DNA of 64,000 bases from a virus (Duplodnaviria; Caudoviricetes), in the IMG/VR virus record IMGVR_UViG_3300020577_002599, positions 1,841 to 65,840 of that record; one strand, given 5' to 3'. This document shows, piece after piece, positions 30,422 to 40,990 of this stretch. Under the pieces are notes generated by a model that saw only the letters and a list, made by a program, of their open reading frames with translations, was not told the DNA's origin and ran no database searches. Position numbers and translations under genes: made by a program. Positions within the stretch are counted from its first letter, which is position 1. Every line of letters begins with the position of its first letter.

Positions 30422-31150
30422 TTATAATTGTTCGTTATTCATTCCTGAAGCCTCTAAAGCTTGACTAACTTGTATTACATCTGCTTCTCTAATTTCAATA
30501 CCACAATACCCTAATATCTTTATTACTAAGTCAGAAAAGAATTGTGCAGGTAATTCAAAGTCTTGATAATCAACAGCAGAAGGATTAAATAATGGTCCGT
30601 TTCCAACTGGAAGATAAGTCCATTTTGGTGCTTTAGGTTTTCTTATATAAGTACCTATAACTTTTACAGCTTGATTGTAAGGGAATATTTTATATTTATT
30701 ATTTATAACAATATACACTGGATATTCACTTGTAGGAGATACCAAGTTATTATTAAGTATTCGATTTATCTCAAGCTTACTAACTTCTTCAACTTCAGTT
30801 CTCCCTGCGTAATCTAAATTACCAGAAGAAGGTAATAATTCTATTTTAATACCTTTATAAAAATCAGATACGCTGTATCTGTATTCTTGATTTATATTGT
30901 CTAATACCAACTCGCTTTCAGAAACAAAAATATCAAAAACCTCTCTTAAATGTTTTGGTATATCAGAGAATTCAGAGTGATACATTCTTGCGTTCTGTTT
31001 TGCTAAAGATTTAGCATACTTGTGGAACAACTCTTCGAATATAACCATTTGAGAAAGTTCTGCATAGGTATTGAATTCCATAGGAGAAACATAACCCCTA
31101 TTGTCTTTGTTTAGTATTGATAATACCGTAGTATATACCTGATTAATCAT
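30422..31150 (-). CDS. Head-tail ring/adaptor protein
   Basis: NKDNRGYVSPMEFN and YIRKPKAPKW motifs typical of Bacteroidota podovirus ring proteins. Confidence 0.65.
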   Translation of the reverse strand: MINQVYTTVLSILNKDNRGYVSPMEFNTYAELSQMVIFEELFHKYAKSLAKQNARMYHSEFSDIPKHLREVFDIFVSESELVLDNINQEYRYSVSDFYKGIKIELLPSSGNLDYAGRTEVEEVSKLEINRILNNNLVSPTSEYPVYIVINNKYKIFPYNQAVKVIGTYIRKPKAPKWTYLPVGNGPLFNPSAVDYQDFELPAQFFSDLVIKILGYCGIEIREADVIQVSQALEASGMNNEQL

Positions 31151-31169
31151 TTGCTTACAATTTTATTTG

Positions 31170-31208
31170 CAAAGATACGAAATAAAAAAAGAGAGGTATT
31201 AACCTCTC
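31170..31208 (-). promoter_or_regulatory. Terminator hairpin fused to a TATCTTTG promoter
   Basis: Minus strand: GAGAGG-TTAATA-CCTCTC-T7-ATTTCG-TATCTTTG. Confidence 0.75.
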
Positions 31209-31231
31209 CTTTCTTATACTTGAAGTGAAAA

Positions 31232-31987
31232 CTATTTTAATTTACTTTGAACGTACTTAACAAATGCTTTTCCGTCTTCAGTATCATTCATCCATCTTGC
31301 AAGAGTATTGAACTTGTCAGACTCATCAAATGGTACTTTACATAACAATGTTTCACCATTAAAGAATGCATTCCCTTTGTACTGAGCAAGACCTAATTCA
31401 GTAGCTCTAACAGCTAATCCTTTAATCTTAGTTAAGTCATCAGAAGCTAATTTTAAGAAGCTTTGTGGGTTTGATTTTGCGTATAAGAAAATATCTCTCT
31501 TAACCTCAGTAGATTTTTTGTCTAATGCTTTACTTCCATAAATAGCAAGAGCAATACTCTCTAATTCTGATGTAGATAAATTCATAGCAACATTCAACGC
31601 CTCCATTTCAAGCTCAATAGAGTTTAACTCTTTTTCAGCAATTTCGTCTGGTTTAAATTCTTCAAATACAATACCATTATCAGGAGTAATCTCTAAGAAT
31701 TTCTGTAACTGTGGGTTTGTTCTTGGAACTGTAAGTTTACCATTCTTAAAAATGATAGCTCCTAAGATTACATCCCCTGTTTGTTCGTCTTCAAAAATTG
31801 ATAACTGATTTGTAGAGTAACATAAACTTCTTAAGATTTTTTCTCCTTCATCATAGTACTGTAATGGAGACCCTTTCTTGTGTCGGTTTCTTAAGAATAA
31901 TTGCATTGGCGGATTCTTTGCCAATAAGACATAAGTCTTGTCTTTGTCTGCATCTTGTGCGACTTTAGTTTTTGCTTTTGTAGCCAT
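31232..31987 (-). CDS. Conserved hypothetical protein next to the capsid gene (probable structural/assembly)
   Basis: 251 aa with its own promoter and terminator. Confidence 0.5.
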   Translation of the reverse strand: MATKAKTKVAQDADKDKTYVLLAKNPPMQLFLRNRHKKGSPLQYYDEGEKILRSLCYSTNQLSIFEDEQTGDVILGAIIFKNGKLTVPRTNPQLQKFLEITPDNGIVFEEFKPDEIAEKELNSIELEMEALNVAMNLSTSELESIALAIYGSKALDKKSTEVKRDIFLYAKSNPQSFLKLASDDLTKIKGLAVRATELGLAQYKGNAFFNGETLLCKVPFDESDKFNTLARWMNDTEDGKAFVKYVQSKLK

Positions 31988-32013
31988 ATTAAATTAGATT
32001 AAAATTATTTCTG

Positions 32014-32051
32014 CAAAGGTACGAAATAAAAAAGAGGGGAATCAACCCCTC
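32014..32051 (-). promoter_or_regulatory. Capsid-operon terminator fused to a TACCTTTG promoter
   Basis: Minus strand: GAGGGG-TTGATT-CCCCTC-T6-ATTTCG-TACCTTTG. Confidence 0.75.
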
Positions 32052-32085
32052 CTTTTGTTTTGACTTATTGAATATTAGTTAATTA

Positions 32086-33444
32086 TCAACCACGAACGAG
32101 TACAAAATTATTTCTACCCATTGTACATAATGCACGCTCTGTCAACATATGAAGTTGGTTAGCATCTAAGTCAGAAGTGTTTGCACCACCAGCTGAACCT
32201 GTTTGCCACACTTTATAACGTCTATCTTCAGAAGCAGATTTGCGGTATTTAACATGTAAGAAAGGTAACGTAGCGTTAGCTCCTAATACTTCGTCTCTTA
32301 CAGTTTTAGTACCTGATGGACACATTACAGCGTTAATAGCTTGGTTTCCTTCAAATAAACCACGAGCTGTTGGGTCATCTAAGTATTTCCACTGAGATTT
32401 GTACAACTCATAACCAGCAACTTTGAATCCTGTGAATCCTAAGTTTAAAGCCATATCTTCGCTGTTGTTGAAAGCTCCGTAAGAAGTTCCTCCTACACCG
32501 TAAGAGTTTTGAGCAGCTAATAAGTAATCAATTGCTCTATCTTGCTCGAAGTCATTCATCATAATGTACTCAGAAATAGCACCTTGTTTGTTTAAACGAG
32601 ATAGGATTTCATCAATATCATCCATAGTAGATATAACACCAGAGAATACGTTTCCTTGAGCTACAGCTTCGAAGAAACCTTCAGTACCTGTATATCCAGC
32701 AGTTGCAGCAGCAGAACCAGTTTCGTAAGAAACACCCTCAATCATACCCATCTCAATGTAGTCATCGAATCTTAGACGAGATTGCGCTCTTGATTTTAAG
32801 TACCATAAGTAACCTGATCCGTTTTCTCCTTCAACTTCAATCCAACCAACTTGAGTCATATCAGAACCATTAACTTCATCTAATTCTTTGATGATGATTG
32901 GTTTGTTCTCAAAGATATCTGGAGTAGCCTCTAAAGACTCTTCACGACCATTAGTTCCTTTTCTGTACTCATTAGAGTAAGTGAATACATTGATTCCTGT
33001 AGCAGCTAAAGCACCAGCACTACCAGCAGTACCAAAACCAGCAGCAGTAGAAGCAGCAACTGTAAAAGTATCAGTAGTAACAGCAGTAATTAAACCTTTC
33101 ATTTCAACAGTACCGTCATTCAAGATAACTGTATCGTTTTTACGGAAAGAGTGACCTGCTAATGTAAACACAGCAGCTGAACGAGTAACACCTGTACCAA
33201 CTGGTCTTAAACGACCTTCTTCAGACCATTTAATTAAGTCAGATTGAATAGGCATCTCTTGACCCATTTTCTCTAAGAATCCTTTGATAGATTGATTACC
33301 ATAACGAGCAAATTCTTTCTCGTATAATTCAGGTAAATACTGATTTGTGAAATCGAAGTCAGCAGCTTCAAAATAGTTTGTAGACAAAATCTCTTTTGTC
33401 GCAGTAGGAGTTAATTTTACTCCTGGAGTTGTTAATAATGCCAT
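32086..33444 (-). CDS. Major capsid protein
   Basis: 452 aa after portal and scaffold, followed by a strong terminator; Gly/Ala/Thr-rich, with IKWSEEGRL and EGFFEAV segments like Bacteroidota podovirus capsids. Confidence 0.8.
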   Translation of the reverse strand: MALLTTPGVKLTPTATKEILSTNYFEAADFDFTNQYLPELYEKEFARYGNQSIKGFLEKMGQEMPIQSDLIKWSEEGRLRPVGTGVTRSAAVFTLAGHSFRKNDTVILNDGTVEMKGLITAVTTDTFTVAASTAAGFGTAGSAGALAATGINVFTYSNEYRKGTNGREESLEATPDIFENKPIIIKELDEVNGSDMTQVGWIEVEGENGSGYLWYLKSRAQSRLRFDDYIEMGMIEGVSYETGSAAATAGYTGTEGFFEAVAQGNVFSGVISTMDDIDEILSRLNKQGAISEYIMMNDFEQDRAIDYLLAAQNSYGVGGTSYGAFNNSEDMALNLGFTGFKVAGYELYKSQWKYLDDPTARGLFEGNQAINAVMCPSGTKTVRDEVLGANATLPFLHVKYRKSASEDRRYKVWQTGSAGGANTSDLDANQLHMLTERALCTMGRNNFVLVRG

Positions 33445-33463
33445 TTTTTAGGTTTTAAGTTTT

Positions 33464-34501
33464 TTATACAATTTTAAATTTTAGTCCAGAGTTAATGCCT
33501 TCTGGGGCAGTTCTAATTCCTTTCATATCAATGTTCTTACTATTCTTTACTTCATCCTCTATTGCTTTAGCTCTCGCTGTTTCATAAACATTAGACAAGA
33601 TTGAATCGTAATTCATTGCTACATAAAGTGCTTTGTGATATCCAACAGGGTCTTTGATAAAACCATTCTCATCTAAGAATTTACTGAAGAATGTCATAAC
33701 ATTTGATTGAGCTTCTTTTACAGCCTGTACATTTGAAGGTTTATGACTTATAACTTCATCTCCAATTTTAAATTCAAAACCTTTGAATTCATTGTTAAAT
33801 AATTTATCTGTCTCATTCAAAAATACTTCAGATTGTTTTGCTGCAATCTCTTGCTGTGCTTTAAGACTTTCTACATAAGCTTTAGATTCTTGATACTCTT
33901 GAGGAATAGCTGTATCGATTGACACCGTCACTGGAACAGCATACTTTTCCTTTTGAGAATTAAAGTATTCTAATGCATCAGCGTGAGCCTTTTTAAATGC
34001 ACGTATTTTTTTCTTAATGTCTTTTTCATCATCAATATCTTCATCGTAAGCAAATGCCTCTAAGAATTCATCTTGAATCTCGTCAGCATCAAACTCAGGG
34101 TTCTTATCTTTAAGATACATTCTAACTAAGTCTTGCTCGTCTACCTTTGTAAAATCTTTTTGGTATTCTTGAAAATCAGAAAAACTTCTTCCTGTTTCAG
34201 ACTTAAATTCCAAATATTTCTTTACATCTTCTGGTAGTTCTACTTCTTGTTTAGGAGTAACAACCTTAGATAATAATTCTTCTTTTGATTTAAGATATTC
34301 TAATACTTCGTCTTCGCTATTAAATTTAAGAACGCTTTGAGATTCTTCTTGTTCTTGATTTACTCCCTCATTTACTCCCTCATTATCTGTTGTAACTGAA
34401 TCTGTAATTTGATCATTGTTCATTTCAGATACCTGTTCATTGTTACTGAACTCTTCGTTAGATTGAACAACTGAATCTCCTTCAATTTTTAGTTTATACA
34501 T
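33464..34501 (-). CDS. Capsid scaffolding protein
   Basis: Highly acidic and helical, between portal and capsid; promoter box TAATTTTG at 34532-34539. Confidence 0.7.
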   Translation of the reverse strand: MYKLKIEGDSVVQSNEEFSNNEQVSEMNNDQITDSVTTDNEGVNEGVNQEQEESQSVLKFNSEDEVLEYLKSKEELLSKVVTPKQEVELPEDVKKYLEFKSETGRSFSDFQEYQKDFTKVDEQDLVRMYLKDKNPEFDADEIQDEFLEAFAYDEDIDDEKDIKKKIRAFKKAHADALEYFNSQKEKYAVPVTVSIDTAIPQEYQESKAYVESLKAQQEIAAKQSEVFLNETDKLFNNEFKGFEFKIGDEVISHKPSNVQAVKEAQSNVMTFFSKFLDENGFIKDPVGYHKALYVAMNYDSILSNVYETARAKAIEDEVKNSKNIDMKGIRTAPEGINSGLKFKIV

Positions 34502-34557
34502 ATCTATTTGATTTAATTAAAATATTTGATGCAAAATTACAAAATAATAAGTTTTAT

Positions 34558-36999
34558 TTATCGTGGCTCAAATTCTGACAAAGAGAATGCATCAAGACTA
34601 TCATTTGTACTTTCAAAATTTATAGATGGAAGGTCTTTTTTACGTTGCTCAATTAACTTTGATTGTTGAGTTGCCTGTAACTTTGTTCTTTCATCTTTTC
34701 TGTCTTCTTTCATAGCTTCTTTACCTTTCATACCTTCTACCTCTATACCTTTTAGTTGCATTTGGTATTGAAACTCTAACGCCATTAATTCTTTCTTAGC
34801 TTGAACTTCAGCCATCATTACTTCGATAGCTTTTTGTTTTTCAGCTTCTACTAATCCTGCTTTACCTTGATATTCAAAGTTTAACAATTCTGCTTTACCT
34901 TGAGACGCTGCTTGAGTAGACTGAATGTTTCCTTGAGTTTGAGCTTGAATTTCTTGCATTTTTCTTTCTTGCATTTCCTTCATTCTCTTCTCTTTCTTAA
35001 TCATAAGGTATTTTGTAGCTAAAGATAAATTCTTAATGCCCATAATTGCGTACTTATCTTCAACACCAAGATTCCCTTGTTGTATCTCAAAAGAAATGTC
35101 TGCTTCAAGTTTAGCCCTCTCTTCTTCGTCAGGAACAAGGTCTATATTAATTGCAAAGTCGTGAAGGTACATATCTTTAATCTTATCTAAAGCAGATACA
35201 TTATTAGCTGAAATCTTTGTAATCAAATCTTGTTTACTTTCAGAGAACTGAAGTACGTCAGCAATTCTAATTGTGATGCATTTAGCTAACTCTCTTGTAA
35301 TAAACATACTACCTTCTAATATATGTCTTGTAGCCACATTAGATGAATATGCTGCCATTTTTTGAATACCAACCAAACTGTTTTTATCAGGGTTACTTGC
35401 ATCAATAGCTTGATTAATACCAGTTGCAGAAGCAATCATATCTAATGAAATCTGAATTGAATTCCATAAAGAACTTATCTTATCTTGAGCTGACGAATGT
35501 CTAACCTCTTGAATAGGAACTTTTGCGTTATTAAATTCCCCTCCTACACTTGAACTTCTACCTAAAATAGTTCCAGTTTGAAAATACATATTTAAAGCAT
35601 TTTCTACAGTGTACTTATTTCCTTTTCCTAAAGAGATACCAACTAACCCTTCTACATCAATGTATTGACCGTCAGGAACTACTCTTTGTTTTATTTGTTG
35701 TAGTTTTAACCAAGACATTTGAATATCATCAGCAAATGGTATCATTCTATTTACTGTAGAGTCAATAACTCCTTTATACATCTTTGGAGCTATACCTACG
35801 TAATTAGGATATACTTTGTTTAGATTGGAATTTTTCTTAACCATATTTTTAGACACTTCCCATTTTAACAAAATGTTTGTACCTAAAACTAATATTCCTT
35901 CGAACCAAACCTCTTCTACTTTTGTAAGCTTTTCGAAATCAGCATCACCTGTTCCTTTGTATATAAAGTCGTTATTCTTCGCTATAACTTTTAATCCTCC
36001 TTTAGAGTTTTTCTTTTTCTTCCAAACTTTCTCTCTTGATGTTTTATAGTTAAAATACAACAAACCTAACTTACCATCTAACACATCTTGTGGTTGACTA
36101 TTAAAGTTTAATTCATAGTAATTATTCCAAGAAGATGAAATACCTTGTAATCTTTCTTTTTGCTCTATAGATAGATTTGGAAACTCCTTATATACTTCTG
36201 ATAAATTTACATTTTTATATTCTCCAAAATAAAAACAATCAGAGAACGTAGGATCTTCAGTATAAGACCATATAAGATTAGCAGGGTCTACATATTCTAA
36301 TTTAATACCATCATTAGGTACATATCTATGTTTTCCAAAACCAACACCAACCTCAATTATATCTCTCTCTATTCTTCTTCTTGTTACTTCGTTGTAATTA
36401 TTCTCATTAAAGATTGCTTCAACAGCTACTTCAACAGCTTGTTCGATAGGCGGTTTAAATTCCAACTCCATCTTAATATCAATCTCCTCTTTACTTTCTG
36501 GTATTTGGTCAATAGGAACTGATGAAACTTCAAAACCTGTTTTTTCTTTGGCTGCTAATATAAAGTCTTTAGCAATCATGTCATCTTCAAGGTTTTTTCT
36601 TTTATTAGCCTTTTCTTCTACAGATGTAGGGTCTACAGCAATAGCCTTAATAGAAAACTCTCTCTGAGCCATTCCGTTAGCTAAAATATCTACATACTTT
36701 GGTATCACAGGAACAACTTTCCAGTCCAAGTTAAGAAAAGACATATCTCCATTTACAGCAAAGAATTCTTTGTACTTACCTACACTCTGCATACCATTAG
36801 CATACATTCTTCTTTTGTTAAACTCGTCTCTTTGTTGATAGAATTTACAAGTAGCTCCGTTTATCTTAAACCATTCGTATTGAATAGCTTCTGCAACTTG
36901 AGTTCCATAATCACTACCCATCTGAACCTCAAATGGAGTGTTTTGACTTGGAAAACTTCTGTAAGTAATGGAAATACCTTCCGTTTTTTTCTTTAACAT
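34558..36999 (-). CDS. Portal protein
   Basis: 813 aa directly after terminase; LDWKVVPVIPKYVDIL motif; C-terminal coiled-coil barrel. Confidence 0.85.
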   Translation of the reverse strand: MLKKKTEGISITYRSFPSQNTPFEVQMGSDYGTQVAEAIQYEWFKINGATCKFYQQRDEFNKRRMYANGMQSVGKYKEFFAVNGDMSFLNLDWKVVPVIPKYVDILANGMAQREFSIKAIAVDPTSVEEKANKRKNLEDDMIAKDFILAAKEKTGFEVSSVPIDQIPESKEEIDIKMELEFKPPIEQAVEVAVEAIFNENNYNEVTRRRIERDIIEVGVGFGKHRYVPNDGIKLEYVDPANLIWSYTEDPTFSDCFYFGEYKNVNLSEVYKEFPNLSIEQKERLQGISSSWNNYYELNFNSQPQDVLDGKLGLLYFNYKTSREKVWKKKKNSKGGLKVIAKNNDFIYKGTGDADFEKLTKVEEVWFEGILVLGTNILLKWEVSKNMVKKNSNLNKVYPNYVGIAPKMYKGVIDSTVNRMIPFADDIQMSWLKLQQIKQRVVPDGQYIDVEGLVGISLGKGNKYTVENALNMYFQTGTILGRSSSVGGEFNNAKVPIQEVRHSSAQDKISSLWNSIQISLDMIASATGINQAIDASNPDKNSLVGIQKMAAYSSNVATRHILEGSMFITRELAKCITIRIADVLQFSESKQDLITKISANNVSALDKIKDMYLHDFAINIDLVPDEEERAKLEADISFEIQQGNLGVEDKYAIMGIKNLSLATKYLMIKKEKRMKEMQERKMQEIQAQTQGNIQSTQAASQGKAELLNFEYQGKAGLVEAEKQKAIEVMMAEVQAKKELMALEFQYQMQLKGIEVEGMKGKEAMKEDRKDERTKLQATQQSKLIEQRKKDLPSINFESTNDSLDAFSLSEFEPR

Positions 37000-37001
37000 A
37001 T

Positions 37002-39632
37002 TTATTTATTATAAGTCCTTAAATTAATAACAACATCTTTTATTTGTCTTTGAGCTGGTGTGTACATTTTTCTGTTTACAGCCATGATAGCTAACCCAGA
37101 ACTAATAGCAGCATCAAATTTAGTTCTATTATTCACATCAAAATGTTTCCAATCATTTAGCGTATGATTGAACAACATATTCTGTGGTATCTCTCCATCT
37201 TCTCCTATAAGACCAACATACCTCTCTATCCAACTCTCTATAGCTGTCGCATGCATTTGTTTAACGTCTTCAGATGAGTTAGGCATACCTCCTAATTCTC
37301 TTTCAGCTGGTGAAAGCCTATTCTCTGCTTTATCAAAACGAGTAATACTGAAACCTCTGTATCCTCTATTCTTGAAATGATATAACAAACGCGGCTTGTT
37401 ATTCTCTGCTAATATAGGCATTCCATAAAACACGCACGCCATAAGAACATCTTCAAAGAAAATCTCTGCTGTCTGTGGTCTTGCTACATATTCTAAAAAG
37501 AACGTATTGTTTGGTGCATTGGAAAAACTAAAACCTGTTAATCCATGCAAAGCTCCTTTAGAAGCTCTATTATTATCTTGGTCATAAGACCCATCTTTTC
37601 TAACTCCTTCAACTGTACCTGATATATCATAGCTATCGCAACCGAAAGCACCTATATCATCATTCAATGGATACTTAGACATTCCTCCTGGACCATTCCT
37701 TAACTCGTGTCTATTCTGCATCTCTACAGGTGGTATCCAAGATATTAAGAATCTTCCTTTTTCATTAGGATGCCATTCAACTATTGTATCCTTAATACCA
37801 TCCTTCCATTGAAAGTTTCCTCGAACTAAAGCTTTATCAGCTTCGTGTTCTTCGTTTATTTTTAATTGTTCTAATATTTTCTCTATGTTAAAAGTAGACT
37901 GAAGTAACTCATCCCTGAATGCTTCATCAATTGTCATTGGAAATGCTCTAAGCTCTTCATTGTAAGCAATATCACTTTCTTTTCTTTTACTGCTTCTTTT
38001 TGCTTCTAAGAACTGAACACTACCTACGGTTTTCTTTTCTCCATGAACATTTATAAAAGAATCTCCTTTCTCAACCACCTCATGACAAACACCATACTTA
38101 TCTGTAAACTCCTCCATATTCTTATGAGCAGGAAGGAAGTAACAATAAAGACCAGATGGTGTGCGACCTGTAATCTTATTCCTCTTATTAATCTTAGATG
38201 CTTTATAAAGTTTGAAGAATTCTTCACCACCTTTATTCATTGCATTTACTGTACTACCAATAAAAGCCTTACCTACAACCTTACCTCCTGTATCGAATGT
38301 TGGCGATACTTGACCCCAGTGTTTTTCATAATTAGCAGGTTTTGCCCATTTTGAAGCCTCGTCTCCAAGATATCTATACATTCTCTGTCCGTCATAAGAA
38401 GCGTCTTTTGTAGGCTGATAGTCTATAAAGGTGTTTAGATAGTCATCTGTATTTGTGTCTTTATTTTTCTTAGCAGTTTTACTTCTGTCAGTTGGTTTTG
38501 CGAACTCTAAAAAGTTCTTACTATCCTCAGAACCTTTTACAATTGGTTTAAAAAAGAATGGTAGGTTTAAATATCCGTATCTTAACTTAGAGAATGCCAT
38601 CTTGGCATCTTCATCTGATTTAGATGTCATACCAATACGAGCATTTGCTGTTGATGTTGCATCATTAAGTAGCTGACATATAATCTGATAAGTAAAACCT
38701 GTACGTCTTGATTTTACAAATAATTCTCCTAAACATCTTGGATCTACAATACAAGCCTCTGTAAAGTAAAACATATCTCTTTGAGCTACTCTAAAATCCA
38801 TATAAGAACCTGTATCCTCCATCTTTACCCAATTAAGAGCAAAGTAATGAGTCCCAGTTAGATATTCAGGTTTTCCATTATTCATAAACCAAATACCCTC
38901 TCTTCTTCTTCTAAATTCCTCAATTATATATTCAGTATATGCTTCTGCATTGTCTTGAGATAATCCTGTAGGTGGCTCTTGTCTTCTCCAATATTGATTT
39001 TCTTTTTTCTCATTCCAGAAAAGTATATCTTTTTTATATGGAACTTTAGGAAGTGTAATCTTTAAATCACCAACATTAATTACCTCACCTTTACTACCTT
39101 TAGGGTCAATCATTACAGAATCATTATCTGCGTCATACCATTCTTTATAGTAATCTTTCTTTGGTAAGAATTCACCTGTAGCAAACTTCTCAGGATACCC
39201 TCTCTTAAACTCATTCTCTTTAAGGTTAATCTTGTCAGCATCAATCTGCATTCTAAGCTCAATTAAAGAAGAATCAATCTCGATAATAGCTTGATGAATA
39301 GATGGTTTTACAGAAATAGCAAGGTGATGTTTAGAAGGATCAAGTTCATCATAATTAATCGTACTCCTCAAAGCTTCTCTAAGCACGTTTAAGGCAACAT
39401 CTCCTGCAACAACTAATCTCTTTACGTACTTCTTAAAAGTATCCTCAGAAGGAGCGTTAGCACTATTAGACCACCTAAGTAATAATTCTTTTCCATACTT
39501 AAATGAATCTATCTTAGCTTTTACTACGGTTTTAACTTTATCAGGCTCAATTAAAGACATATCGGTGTTGTACTCTAATCCTTCGATTACAGTTTCAACA
39601 GCAATTTGTATATCCTTACTTAATCCTATCAT
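37002..39632 (-). CDS. terL: Terminase large subunit with long N-terminal extension
   Basis: Walker A FVKSRRTGFT, Walker B LGDEASK, RNase H-type GCDSYD and FDAAISSG nuclease motifs. Confidence 0.9.
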   Translation of the reverse strand: MIGLSKDIQIAVETVIEGLEYNTDMSLIEPDKVKTVVKAKIDSFKYGKELLLRWSNSANAPSEDTFKKYVKRLVVAGDVALNVLREALRSTINYDELDPSKHHLAISVKPSIHQAIIEIDSSLIELRMQIDADKINLKENEFKRGYPEKFATGEFLPKKDYYKEWYDADNDSVMIDPKGSKGEVINVGDLKITLPKVPYKKDILFWNEKKENQYWRRQEPPTGLSQDNAEAYTEYIIEEFRRRREGIWFMNNGKPEYLTGTHYFALNWVKMEDTGSYMDFRVAQRDMFYFTEACIVDPRCLGELFVKSRRTGFTYQIICQLLNDATSTANARIGMTSKSDEDAKMAFSKLRYGYLNLPFFFKPIVKGSEDSKNFLEFAKPTDRSKTAKKNKDTNTDDYLNTFIDYQPTKDASYDGQRMYRYLGDEASKWAKPANYEKHWGQVSPTFDTGGKVVGKAFIGSTVNAMNKGGEEFFKLYKASKINKRNKITGRTPSGLYCYFLPAHKNMEEFTDKYGVCHEVVEKGDSFINVHGEKKTVGSVQFLEAKRSSKRKESDIAYNEELRAFPMTIDEAFRDELLQSTFNIEKILEQLKINEEHEADKALVRGNFQWKDGIKDTIVEWHPNEKGRFLISWIPPVEMQNRHELRNGPGGMSKYPLNDDIGAFGCDSYDISGTVEGVRKDGSYDQDNNRASKGALHGLTGFSFSNAPNNTFFLEYVARPQTAEIFFEDVLMACVFYGMPILAENNKPRLLYHFKNRGYRGFSITRFDKAENRLSPAERELGGMPNSSEDVKQMHATAIESWIERYVGLIGEDGEIPQNMLFNHTLNDWKHFDVNNRTKFDAAISSGLAIMAVNRKMYTPAQRQIKDVVINLRTYNK

Positions 39633-40180
39633 ATACTAAATAATATTCTATTTGAGTTAATCATATAAAGTTTTTCGCCAAACAGATTGAATTCGTACTC
39701 TGAATCTTTCTTAACACCAACTACATCTCCTTCGTTAAAAGATTTCATTTGGTCATTCTTATACTTTAACCAACACATCTGCTCTACTTCTTTTTCTCCT
39801 TCTCCAAACTCATCTATTTCAAACATAGGTTGTATAAAACAATATGGAGCAATAGCTTTAACTTCGTTTGTATCTTTCTTGATAACCATATAACTTAATG
39901 GAGTTTCAACATAAAACAAGTCATCTTTAATGTGATATTTACTCTCCAAAGGAAACCCTTGATTGTTATATTGAACCCTGAAAGTATTATGATGTACTAC
40001 TATTACATCTCCAGGCTCTACATCTCCTTCATATCCAATAGGAGTAGAAATAACTTCCGCCAACCTTTGAGTGAAAGAGTGGTCCTCGTATGATACGTTT
40101 AACACCAATCCTGATTCAGACAAGTTAGAATACCTCTCTGAATTAAGAGGTTTTACAATGAAATAATGTGGACTTCTCAT
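39629..40180 (-). CDS. Tandem (two-domain) GroES-like co-chaperonin
   Basis: Domain 1 FIVKP..SESGLVL..AEVIS..GDVIVV; domain 2 CFIQP..EGDVVGV..FGEKLYMINSNRI. Confidence 0.65.
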   Translation of the reverse strand: MRSPHYFIVKPLNSERYSNLSESGLVLNVSYEDHSFTQRLAEVISTPIGYEGDVEPGDVIVVHHNTFRVQYNNQGFPLESKYHIKDDLFYVETPLSYMVIKKDTNEVKAIAPYCFIQPMFEIDEFGEGEKEVEQMCWLKYKNDQMKSFNEGDVVGVKKDSEYEFNLFGEKLYMINSNRILFSI

Positions 40181-40185
40181 GCTAC

Positions 40186-40413
40186 TTAATTTTCAGTATC
40201 GTATTCAATATGAATTACGTTATTGCAATTAAATGATTTCCAAATTGTCTTTACATTTGTATCTACTTCTTTTACATAGATGTCAAAGAACTTTTCGTCT
40301 TTTTCTATAATGTCAGAAACAACCTTGTTTCCTCCAAATACTTTACTTTCTACTTGGTAGTGCATAACATTTTTATTGTCAATGTTAACACTTATTTTTC
40401 TTATTAAATTCAT
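40186..40413 (-). CDS. Conserved small protein
   Basis: 75 aa (LIRKISV..MHYQV..WKSFN..IEYD); promoter box at 40438-40445. Confidence 0.6.
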   Translation of the reverse strand: MNLIRKISVNIDNKNVMHYQVESKVFGGNKVVSDIIEKDEKFFDIYVKEVDTNVKTIWKSFNCNNVIHIEYDTEN

Positions 40414-40446
40414 ATTAAATTAGATTAAATTGTAATGCAAAGATAA

Positions 40447-40989
40447 TTAAAATAAAGGAACACCTATTCCAACTGAAATATAAGGCTTCAATGTTTGAGT
40501 TTCATACCCTACTCCTCCTTTAAGTAATATCTTATTCTTTATATTCCAATCAATACCTAAGTTCAATTGATTATTGGTATTGTATGAAAAAGAAGCAAAA
40601 GCCTTGCTTTTATTTCTATACTTAGTAATCGTAGTTTCTATAATACTGTCTTTAGTTTCTATTTCTGCACACAAATCTAAAAGCTCTCCTGTTGTTGTAA
40701 CGTGTACTACTCCTTTCATTCTTTTTCCTGAAACTTCTTGAGAGTATTTTCTAGCTTCAATAGAAGTAGAATCTTGTCTATCAACGTAAACTATTGATGA
40801 GTCTGTTTTATGTATATAAACCTTTTTGAATTTAGTAGTTATAGGTCCTTTTACTTTCAAAGTATCCACAACTTTTATGATTTTTATTTTTGTTAAAACT
40901 TTGTCTTCAGGTTTTTTACCTTCACAAAAGTGTAATATGGCTGCACAAAGTACAAACCCTATTAACATATATATAAAATTATTTTTCAT
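40447..40989 (-). CDS. Putative spanin-like lysis accessory protein
   Basis: N-terminal hydrophobic helix with Cys (start ATG 40989); C-terminal amphipathic beta strands ending in Phe; near the endolysin. Confidence 0.45.
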   Translation of the reverse strand: MKNNFIYMLIGFVLCAAILHFCEGKKPEDKVLTKIKIIKVVDTLKVKGPITTKFKKVYIHKTDSSIVYVDRQDSTSIEARKYSQEVSGKRMKGVVHVTTTGELLDLCAEIETKDSIIETTITKYRNKSKAFASFSYNTNNQLNLGIDWNIKNKILLKGGVGYETQTLKPYISVGIGVPLF

Positions 40990-40990
40990 A

